Virus record (IMG/VR): IMGVR_UViG_3300037804_000222
Span: 26,772 to 90,771 of that record
Direction: 5' to 3' (one strand)
Source: a virus
Length of the DNA: 64,000 nucleotides
Below the pieces are notes generated by a model. The model did no database searches. It was not told where the DNA came from and worked only from the letters and a program-made list of their open reading frames with translations. Positions 17,480 through 24,301 of the stretch are shown piece after piece. The translations under genes were made by a program, and so were the position numbers. Numbering within the stretch: position 1 is the first letter of the stretch; the number at the start of each line of letters is the position of its first letter.

Positions 17480-17717
17480 GTGTATGAATTACTTTAGGTT
17501 GTACATTCTTTCTTGGTCTACCTCTTTTAGCTTTAGGTTTATTAACTTTATTACTTAATGTGTCTAACTCTAATTGAGTTATTCTACCTCTTGAGGCACA
17601 ATCTAAAAGATCTGATTCTAATTGGTGTACATTACGTCTTAATGAGCTTGTAGCTAAAAAAGCTATAAAAGCCATTGAAAGTGATACAAACATTGCTAAT
17701 CCTACTACTGTTTCCAT
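17466..17717 (-). CDS. small membrane protein with basic AT-hook-like tail
   Basis: N-terminal TM, KRGRPRK. Confidence 0.65.
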   Translation of the reverse strand: METVVGLAMFVSLSMAFIAFLATSSLRRNVHQLESDLLDCASRGRITQLELDTLSNKVNKPKAKRGRPRKNVQPKVIHTLGEL

Positions 17718-17741
17718 ATTTTCTACTTATTTAAGTGTTTT

Positions 17742-17774
17742 AAAAAATAGGAACTGCCTTTTCAGACAGTTCCT
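17742..17774 (-). terminator. intrinsic terminator
   Basis: AGGAACTGTCT-GAAA-AGGCAGTTCCT followed by ATTTTTT on minus strand. Confidence 0.8.
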
Positions 17775-17802
17775 TTCTAACTAAATTGTTTGCTACAACA
17801 AC

Positions 17803-18405
17803 TTAATCCATTAATACTTGAGATAATTCTTCTACTACACTCTCTGCTGTTTTAGGAGCAGTACCATCACTAGAGATTGTTACATCATTAGCTAATGGGT
17901 TTGAAACCATAACACCATCATCATCGATAGTATATAATGGTAGTGCGTAAGTTTCACGATAGATTGGTCTACCTTGATTACATACAACAGCTTTTGTAGT
18001 AGGATTCATTTTAGGAGCTCTACTCATGGTTTGCCCTGTCTTTTTATCTTCCCAAGTATGAGCAGTAAAAGATTCTTTCACAAATAACCCTATTTCAGGC
18101 ATTGCATCTGGAAGAGTCTTAGTATCTTCATTATCAACTACTTTTTCAGTGTGTTCATTCCACAACTCATCACCTGGAACATCTAATGTAACAGGATCAA
18201 ATGTGTAACCAAATGCTTCTAACCATGCAGGTGTTACTGGATGCCATACTACTCGTGGTCTCGCTTGAGCCCCTAAAGTCATTGAAATTAAGTTGTTACC
18301 ACCTGTGGTTCCAACTTCACATCTTAGAACAGCTTGATAAACTCCTTCATTAGAAGTTGGTGTTAATTCTGATAATCTCGGCGTTTTACTAGTAATTTCA
18401 CTCAT
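17803..18405 (-). CDS. putative ssDNA-binding protein (crAss-like type)
   Basis: PKMNPTTKAV..GRPIYRET motif, acidic tail, own terminator. Confidence 0.5.
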   Translation of the reverse strand: MSEITSKTPRLSELTPTSNEGVYQAVLRCEVGTTGGNNLISMTLGAQARPRVVWHPVTPAWLEAFGYTFDPVTLDVPGDELWNEHTEKVVDNEDTKTLPDAMPEIGLFVKESFTAHTWEDKKTGQTMSRAPKMNPTTKAVVCNQGRPIYRETYALPLYTIDDDGVMVSNPLANDVTISSDGTAPKTAESVVEELSQVLMD

Positions 18406-18462
18406 TTTCTTGTGTTTTTAAGTGATTAATAAATAATTGTGTGTGTTGATTATGCTTACGCA

Positions 18463-18508
18463 TAGTAAAGCATGCAGGAATCGAACCTGCATTTATACCA
18501 TATGCTTT
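18463..18508 (-). ncRNA. tRNA minihelix-like element (acceptor + T arm only)
   Basis: AAAGCAT-ATGGTATAAAT-GCAGG-TTCGATT-CCTGC-ATGCTTT-A-CTA. Confidence 0.65.
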
Positions 18509-18512
18509 ATTT

Positions 18513-18705
18513 AAAGAGCTGTGCATAGCTCTTAGTGTTAGTTGCCAACCTAACTCTTGGCTTTTTTTGGAGCACATCCGATGCACCGAATGTTTCTGGA
18601 TTTGATAACTAATATTGCTATTATAGCATCTCACCATTACAGCTTCTTTGTTTGAGGTGAAGTATCTGCAGCCTTCTCATTACACAATATGTGTAAAGTA
18701 TTGTC
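18513..18705 (-). ncRNA. hairpin-rich non-coding segment
   Basis: AAGAGCT/AGCTCTT, GCCAA/TTGGC, TGCTA/TAGCA, TCACC/GGTGA, TTACACA/TGTGTAA stems. Confidence 0.4.
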
Positions 18706-18883
18706 AAGCAACCTCTGTTTTTATTGATGTTAATTCAAATGGCTCTTTATATCCTCTAGCTCTTAACTCTTCTATTAAGAATCTTTCTTCAAATTGTAGT
18801 TGAAAGTGAGGTTCTTTTTCTTTTTTCTTAGTCTTTATTCTTTTTCTTACGGTTAAAAGAGAGTTTAATAATATGTCATCCAT
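18704..18883 (-). CDS. small hypothetical protein (59 aa, not in track)
   Basis: MDDILLNSLL...LIEELRARGYK. Confidence 0.55.
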   Translation of the reverse strand: MDDILLNSLLTVRKRIKTKKKEKEPHFQLQFEERFLIEELRARGYKEPFELTSIKTEVA

Positions 18884-18916
18884 GACTTAATAGATTTATG
18901 TTAATGAAAAGAAGGG

Positions 18917-19111
18917 CTAAAATAGCCCTCCATAATTATCTTTCTTTGCGTTACAACAAATGTCGCAACTACATCCTCCAGATGCTGTTCTTGGTTGAGG
19001 ATTAAATCTCATAAGAGTATCTGTAGGGTTCTCAATCATATCTAGTACTTCTAATACTTTATGATTTCTTTTTCTTTTGTAAAGTCTGCGTAAAGCTTTT
19101 AGCTTCTTCAT
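18917..19111 (-). CDS. hypothetical protein
   Basis: 64 aa, CSCDICC motif. Confidence 0.55.
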   Translation of the reverse strand: MKKLKALRRLYKRKRNHKVLEVLDMIENPTDTLMRFNPQPRTASGGCSCDICCNAKKDNYGGLF

Positions 19112-19204
19112 TATTTCTTTGGCTTAGTTTATACTCTTTGATTGCTTTTTTTACTCTGATATAATTCTCGTATCTCATAGGTATGAAGATTAATTAAGAC
19201 TTAA

Positions 19205-19440
19205 AAAGTATCGGCTTTGGGTTCAGGTACCGAATATGGAGACTGATTCCACATCTAAATGTCAATATAGCTCACCAGCCTTATCAAGTTATTATCCCGC
19301 CATTGTGTCGCCTATGCTCTCTTGCAAACGTTGGTTGTATTGAGCTCCTCAGCTTTACTACAACTGATTATTACGTTACACAATAACTTACAACTATCGG
19401 GATAACCAGAGTATGGACAAGGAAATACCAACTCTGTGCG
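19205..19440 (-). ncRNA. large structured RNA, 3' part
   Basis: CAGAGT/ACTCTG; nested TTATCCCG/CGGGATAA, TTGTGT/ACACAA, AACGT/ACGTT, GTTGTA/TACAAC, AGCT-GAGG-AGCT; AGGCTGGT/ATCAGTCT; TCGGT/GCCGA then T-run. Confidence 0.55.
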
Positions 19441-19454
19441 CATTCTTTATTTAG

Positions 19455-19598
19455 TAATTGTTATAATAGCCATACCACGAAGGTCATTTACTTTAGATTA
19501 CTCTATTAAGAAAGTTCGTTATGATCTAATCTATTCGACTTTCATAGTTTATTGGTAGGAGAGTTTCGCTCCAGTATCTAATGCTATTACAACAATTA
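19455..19598 (-). ncRNA. structured RNA closed by a 16-bp stem
   Basis: TAATTGTTGTAATAGC/GCTATTATAACAATTA; internal GGAG/CTCC, GAAAGT/ACTTTC, TTAGAT/ATCTAA, possible TACCA/TGGTA pseudoknot. Confidence 0.6.
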
Positions 19599-19601
19599 TC
19601 T

Positions 19602-19838
19602 TTATTTATACATTATCTGTCCAAACTCGTCTTCACAAAGTTCTTCTGAATTATCATCAACTTGTGCTTCAAGCTCTTTGATACGATAATCTTTTTTATT
19701 TATAGTATTTCTAAGCTTGTTGATGCGTTTTTTAAACCTATCTGAATCTTCTATTGCATCTTCTTCAAGATCTTTGATACGTGCATGTGCTAATTTAAGC
19801 GCATTTCTTAATTCTATGTTTTCTATCTCGTAATCCAT
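19602..19838 (-). CDS. coiled-coil hypothetical protein
   Basis: 78 aa, heptad pattern. Confidence 0.65.
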   Translation of the reverse strand: MDYEIENIELRNALKLAHARIKDLEEDAIEDSDRFKKRINKLRNTINKKDYRIKELEAQVDDNSEELCEDEFGQIMYK

Positions 19839-20020
19839 AATTAGCTATATTTATAATGTTAGGTTAAAAGGTTAAGTGGTGAAAGGTGGTAATATGTGGG
19901 TGTTGTATCTGGAACACCAACTAACACGCATGAAACGTAGCGTAACTGTACCTCTACAGTACCTCTACAGTACACGACGTATCATGACACTACACAACAC
20001 GTGTGATTACACACGTAAAT

Positions 20021-20046
20021 AAAAAAAGAGAGAGCAAAGCTCTCTC
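20021..20046 (-). terminator. intrinsic terminator
   Basis: GAGAGAGC-TTT-GCTCTCTC followed by T7 on minus strand, right after the 20057..20278 gene. Confidence 0.8.
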
Positions 20047-20056
20047 GATTCATGGG

Positions 20057-20278
20057 CTATGCCCATATGATTCCGCCATCTGCGATGGTGCTAATCTCAG
20101 GCACTTCAGTGCCTTTAGCAAATTCGTCGCTACAGTCGCCTTCTAGGCGGATGAAGCAAGTATTTGCATTGGTAGAGACCACTCGGTCTTTACCAAGAAT
20201 TTTGCGAGTTTCGAACCCGCTTAAACCTACGACAGTTTGACCGTCTTTAACTTGAACCCAAAAACATTTAGTTTTCAT
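20057..20278 (-). CDS. hypothetical early protein
   Basis: 73 aa, own terminator, higher GC. Confidence 0.65.
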   Translation of the reverse strand: MKTKCFWVQVKDGQTVVGLSGFETRKILGKDRVVSTNANTCFIRLEGDCSDEFAKGTEVPEISTIADGGIIWA

Positions 20279-20376
20279 AATGTAGCAAAATTTAGTTAGG
20301 GGGCATTAGTGCCCAAAACTTAGAGGGGGTGGGGTTATATAAGTGGTCTACTCTCTCATTTCCGTAAACAAAATTT

Positions 20377-20808
20377 TTATAGAAATAAAATTAGTAGGAT
20401 GTAGGAGAGGTATTCGAACAAAGGGAGAGGCAACACACCTATCCAGGTAAGTAGGATTAGAAAAAGTAATACGGCTACTTTAGTGAGGGCATAAGAATCC
20501 TTAGATTTCTTATATTCTAAGAAGAAGATAAGGGGTTGAATTATGAAAAACATAAAGGCAAAGAAGTTATGGATACTTGAAAAGTAGTACATATCGTATA
20601 TAGAAAGTAGGGATAATGCGCTTAACCCCATAAATACTATAAAGGGTTTTACATTTCTTCTTTTATATAAAGCGCCCAAGATTACAACTTGGAGTGTCAT
20701 AAAGTATGCGAAATATTTTTTAGTGATTGGGTGAACCCCTAGTAGTGAGATGGGAGTTACAAAAAATTCCCACCCTTCAATTGCTATTATCATACTGGTT
20801 AGCAACAA
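20377..20808 (-). CDS. multi-pass membrane protein
   Basis: Four to five hydrophobic segments; IHNFFAFMFF; start uncertain. Confidence 0.65.
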   Translation of the reverse strand: MLLTSMIIAIEGWEFFVTPISLLGVHPITKKYFAYFMTLQVVILGALYKRRNVKPFIVFMGLSALSLLSIYDMYYFSSIHNFFAFMFFIIQPLIFFLEYKKSKDSYALTKVAVLLFLILLTWIGVLPLPLFEYLSYILLILFL

Positions 20809-20912
20809 ACCAGTTATAAGGAGTATCCCCCCTTTTATTACCCTTACCCCATGTGATTATTGTGTTATAATTAGACCTCTAACCTAAAGATAAAAAAAAT
20901 ATTCCATAAAAA

Positions 20913-20943
20913 TTTGTTTTATTGAAAATAAATTTTATCTTTG
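20913..20943 (+). promoter_or_regulatory. Bacteroidota sigma70-type promoter
   Basis: TTTG (20913-16), 19-nt spacer, TATCTTTG (20936-43) = -33/-7 consensus. Confidence 0.7.
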
Positions 20944-20949
20944 CCATAC

Positions 20950-21026
20950 TGTGTGTTTCTCGATTCATAGTTTTTTGGTTTTTATGATGTGAATATCTCC
21001 CTCGGTCTGAGGGGGATATTTTTTTT
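20950..21026 (+). ncRNA. putative small RNA ending in an intrinsic terminator
   Basis: Promoter directly upstream; no ORF; AATATCTCCCTC-GGTCT-GAGGGGGATATT-T6 hairpin. Confidence 0.6.
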
Positions 21027-21070
21027 CAAAAGTTTTTTAAAAAAGTCATGGCCAAATAAAAAATTTTATA

Positions 21071-21245
21071 TAGCTTTGCAATCTGAGTTACCGAACTAAC
21101 ACTTCAGTCACCCACCTTTAAGGATAAACAAATAGAGGACGGCTGTTGGAACAGGTAAGTTCTTTCGTGTAATGATGTTTGAGAGTTGAACCACCAATGA
21201 CTCTCCCAATTGAAAAATTAGTGGCGTTTCAATTTGGTTTTCTTT
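21071..21245 (+). ncRNA. promoter (-7 TAGCTTTG) plus structured leader or ncRNA
   Basis: GAGTTACC/GGTAAGTTC, CAGTC/GGCTG, GAGAGT/ACTCTC, AATTGAAA/TTTCAATT stems. Confidence 0.4.
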
Positions 21246-21282
21246 TGGCCACTTTTCTTTTAACATTTAAATGCGTATATTT

Positions 21283-21441
21283 ATGGCGACACAAGACACC
21301 GATTACATTAAAGACTCTATTAATAGAGCAGAAGAATCGAAACAGAATACCTTTGATTCATGGATAATAGATCTAGAAGATCAAGATCAACCAGAAGCAT
21401 GCAGTATTGATGATCCAGATTGCGAGAACTGTGGATCATGA
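21283..21441 (+). CDS. 52-aa protein ending in an RNR-alpha-like redox tail (not in track)
   Basis: MATQDTDYIK...QPEACSIDDPDCENCGS; TGA overlaps next ATG (ATGA at 21438-41). Confidence 0.75.
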   Translation: MATQDTDYIKDSINRAEESKQNTFDSWIIDLEDQDQPEACSIDDPDCENCGS

Positions 21442-21635
21442 GTAAGATTGAAGATAAAGTCTGTAAGAAGATTGAAGAAAGAGCAAAAATCGGTGCAAAT
21501 AAGTATAATGTCACTATGGAAAGAAAAGATCTTTCAACCCAGCAATGGTTAGTGCATTTACAAGAAGAACTAATGGATGCAAGTGTGTATATAGAGAAAC
21601 TACTAGATGATATTCAAAGAGCTAAACAAATTTAA
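21438..21635 (+). CDS. small phage protein, NTP-pyrophosphohydrolase-like helix motif
   Basis: RAKIGANKY..WLVHLQEELMDASVY. Confidence 0.55.
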   Translation: MSKIEDKVCKKIEERAKIGANKYNVTMERKDLSTQQWLVHLQEELMDASVYIEKLLDDIQRAKQI

Positions 21636-22347
21636 TAACGTAGTCTTCACGGAAGACGGACATACGTACACTGTAGATGGTAAGCCTGCAACGTCAGTAA
21701 CTACATTTATAGGAAAATTCAAAAAACCATTCGAAAGAGATTTTTGGGCAACCAGATCTGCGAAGAAAGAGAACAAGACACTACAAGAGATTTTAGATAA
21801 GTGGGATTCAATTAGTTTGCGAGCATGCAATAAAGGAAGTAAGTTTCACGCATTTGCTGAAAATTACATTAATAATAAGATTCTCCCTAATATAATATAT
21901 GACTTTGATTTAGATAAAGAAGCGTATGACAAAATTGAATCCCATTTTTTAAAATTCTATGAAAACTCTAAAGAAAATCTTATACCTATTCGCTCTGAGC
22001 TTTGCGTTGGTTCTAGCCAGCTTGGAATTTGCGGTATGGTTGATCAGTTATATTATTCAGAGCCTCTTGGAGGGCTGGTTATATTTGATTGGAAAACCAA
22101 TAAAAGATTAGAGTACGAAAGTAAATTTAACAATTGGATGTTAGATCCAATATCCCACCTCCCTGAATGTGAGTTCACAACCTACTCACTACAACTATCC
22201 CTTTATAAGTATATTATAGAGCTTGAAACAAAGCTTGAGATAAAAGACTGTTATATTGTATGGTTTAACGAGAAGAATGATTCTTATCGATTAATACAAT
22301 GTGCGGATTATAAAAAAGAAATTATTAATATGTTGAATTATAATTAA
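21607..22347 (+). CDS. PD-(D/E)XK exonuclease (Cas4/RecB-like)
   Basis: SVTTFI, KGSKFH, ICGMVD, IFDWKTN, YSLQLSLY. Confidence 0.85.
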   Translation: MIFKELNKFNNVVFTEDGHTYTVDGKPATSVTTFIGKFKKPFERDFWATRSAKKENKTLQEILDKWDSISLRACNKGSKFHAFAENYINNKILPNIIYDFDLDKEAYDKIESHFLKFYENSKENLIPIRSELCVGSSQLGICGMVDQLYYSEPLGGLVIFDWKTNKRLEYESKFNNWMLDPISHLPECEFTTYSLQLSLYKYIIELETKLEIKDCYIVWFNEKNDSYRLIQCADYKKEIINMLNYN

Positions 22348-22363
22348 TTTTATTATATATTTG
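22332..22363 (+). promoter_or_regulatory. Bacteroidota-type promoter
   Basis: GTTG, 20-nt spacer, TATATTTG. Confidence 0.45.
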
Positions 22364-22367
22364 TGAC

Positions 22368-22661
22368 ATGAATGATTTTGAAAAAACTATAAGAGAATAT
22401 TTTAGCCTCCCTATGGAGGGTAAATTATGTGAGGAATGCATGAAGAAGTATATGGCGAAATACAGAATCGACGATTTACTTCGACTGAATGCCCAGGCAC
22501 AAATGCAACTAGGTACTGATGCCACTGCTGAAGATAAGCAGAAGGCTTTAGATACAGCTAGATATGTAAAAGCTTCTATTATGAAGTACGACAAAACTAG
22601 GGCAGAAAACATGTTTCCAGAAATAAATTTATCTGAAGATGGTAATACCTTTAAAAGCTAA
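22368..22661 (+). CDS. hypothetical protein
   Basis: 97-aa ORF. Confidence 0.7.
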   Translation: MNDFEKTIREYFSLPMEGKLCEECMKKYMAKYRIDDLLRLNAQAQMQLGTDATAEDKQKALDTARYVKASIMKYDKTRAENMFPEINLSEDGNTFKS

Positions 22662-22986
22662 CATAGCACAATCTTTTAAGGCGTATCTTCAAATTCTTAA
22701 TCCTGTATTAAAACTTAAGGATAAAGAAATTGAGGTGCTATCTAGTTTTTTATCTATATGGTATATCAATAGAGATAAGAAAAATTTAGATAAACTTTTA
22801 TTTTCCACCCCTGTTAGAAAGATGATTAGGAAATCTATAAAGATGTCCGAGGCTTCATTTAATAATCATATTACAATGCTTAGAAAAAAGAAAATGATTA
22901 TTGATAAGAAGTTAAACTCTAATATTCTAAACGGGATAAAAGACCAAGGAATCGAAGTAACATACAAAATAGAGTGGACAAACTAA
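22639..22986 (+). CDS. hypothetical protein, possible winged HTH
   Basis: IRKSIKMSEASFNNHITMLRKKKMI pattern. Confidence 0.6.
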   Translation: MVIPLKANIAQSFKAYLQILNPVLKLKDKEIEVLSSFLSIWYINRDKKNLDKLLFSTPVRKMIRKSIKMSEASFNNHITMLRKKKMIIDKKLNSNILNGIKDQGIEVTYKIEWTN

Positions 22987-23183
22987 TAAAGCAGTTAGCT
23001 AAAAAATATAAACTTAGCGAGTTTAAAACGGAGCTTATAGTAAAATCCCAATTCGGACTTCTTAAAGAAGTTATAGAGGATGGGGATTTTGAATCTACTC
23101 GATTAAAACATTTAGGAATGTTTACAGTGAAAAAGAATAGATTTAAATATTATAAAAATGGCAGAAGAGAAAAAGAAAATTGA
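22974..23183 (+). CDS. HU/IHF-like DNA-binding protein
   Basis: LIKQLAKKYKLS...TRLKHLGMFTVK. Confidence 0.65.
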   Translation: MDKLIKQLAKKYKLSEFKTELIVKSQFGLLKEVIEDGDFESTRLKHLGMFTVKKNRFKYYKNGRREKEN

Positions 23184-23418
23184 AACTCCTTCCCCACAAG
23201 TAGATAAAAGATCTGCTGTAGATAAAGTGGGAGAGATTTTTAATGGGTGGAAGAATGTAGTATTCCCAAACGAACATGTAGAGAAAATCGCAAAAGCTAG
23301 AGCATCTATATGCGGAGGTTGCGAGTTTAACGTAAAAAGTAGATGTACAAAATGCGGATGCCCGCTGGTTGCTAAAACAAGATCAATGCAATCGCACTGT
23401 CCGATTAAAAAATGGTAA
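23158..23418 (+). CDS. small Cys-rich Zn-binding protein
   Basis: RASICGGC..RCTKCGC..KTR..HCPIKKW. Confidence 0.7.
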   Translation: MAEEKKKIETPSPQVDKRSAVDKVGEIFNGWKNVVFPNEHVEKIAKARASICGGCEFNVKSRCTKCGCPLVAKTRSMQSHCPIKKW

Positions 23419-23780
23419 TGATGAAAAACACAATTAGTTACGAACCTTTAGGAAACCACATTGTAGTGGAAATGCCTAACGTGGAGAAAGAAACAGCATC
23501 AGGGATTATTAAATCTGATTTGATGTTAAAAGAAGAGGCTGATAAAAGAGATGGACATGCTAAAGTGGTGGCCGTTAGTCAGGATGTTAAAACTGTTAAA
23601 GTTGGAGACACTGTTATACCAAAAGGCCAAGGATTTATGGTTATGGTAGAAGATACAGAGTATTTTCAAATGAATATGTTTGATGTGCTAGGTATTATAA
23701 GAACTCCGAATTTAGAATTCAGATCTAATATAACACTAGGGTCTGATATAGATCTAAACGATAACAACGCGCATGCCTAA
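23412..23780 (+). CDS. groES: GroES co-chaperonin
   Basis: PLGNHIVV, ETASGII mobile loop, VVAVS..VKVGDTV, DVLGII. Confidence 0.85.
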   Translation: MVMMKNTISYEPLGNHIVVEMPNVEKETASGIIKSDLMLKEEADKRDGHAKVVAVSQDVKTVKVGDTVIPKGQGFMVMVEDTEYFQMNMFDVLGIIRTPNLEFRSNITLGSDIDLNDNNAHA

Positions 23781-24301
23781 TGATATTAGAAAGCTTTGAT
23801 ACAGATGTAAATTTTTGGAAATTACATCCCCAGTTAAAGGTTCCTGATTCTTTTGCTTTAATTTATAAAGAAGATAAAAGTAAAGGAAAAAGTAAAAGCT
23901 CACAGATAATGTGGGCTATTGCGCTTTTAGTAGACCCTGATTCTAAATTCTCTAATATCTCGTACAATACGAGAAGAGATATGATTAGTGGAGACTTTCT
24001 TAAAGATAAGGAGTTTGATTGGAGTAAGTATAAAGAAGCAATAATATTTTATGAGCGCACTCTAGTCACTCCTGCTAAACGCCAACTTATGGTGTGGAAT
24101 AAAAAGATGGATGAAAAAACACTTTATCTTGATATTCTTACATACGAGGATAATGCAGATACTATTGAAGGCCTACTTAAAACAAATGTTAAACTATTTG
24201 AAGATTACGAACGCCTTCTTAAATTAGTAGATAAAGAAACTAACGAAGGGGCTACAAAAGGTGGTGCTGAAGAATCTGCTTCAGAAAAAGGATTAATATG
24301 A
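23780..24301 (+). CDS. conserved protein upstream of TerL (possible terminase small subunit)
   Basis: DKSKGKSKS motif, position immediately before TerL. Confidence 0.5.
   Translation: MILESFDTDVNFWKLHPQLKVPDSFALIYKEDKSKGKSKSSQIMWAIALLVDPDSKFSNISYNTRRDMISGDFLKDKEFDWSKYKEAIIFYERTLVTPAKRQLMVWNKKMDEKTLYLDILTYEDNADTIEGLLKTNVKLFEDYERLLKLVDKETNEGATKGGAEESASEKGLI

Noticed and set aside
18398-18637. 79-aa ORF on minus strand
   Set aside because: Runs through the minihelix and hairpin cluster; composition is not protein-like
19205-19598. Group I intron
   Set aside because: Intergenic, with no interrupted gene and no recognisable P7/R-S consensus
20043-20968. Shared 11-mer TCTCGATTCAT at 20043 and 20958 as a cis target of the sRNA
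   Set aside because: Too short to distinguish from chance, and the first copy lies in a terminator, not at a gene start
21179-21514. ORFs 21179..21367 (+) and 21320..21514 (-)
   Set aside because: They conflict with the better-supported 21283..21441 ORF, which is translationally coupled to the next gene
21607-22347. Cas4 as evidence of a CRISPR system
   Set aside because: Stand-alone PD-(D/E)XK nuclease of a type common in these phages; no array or other cas genes
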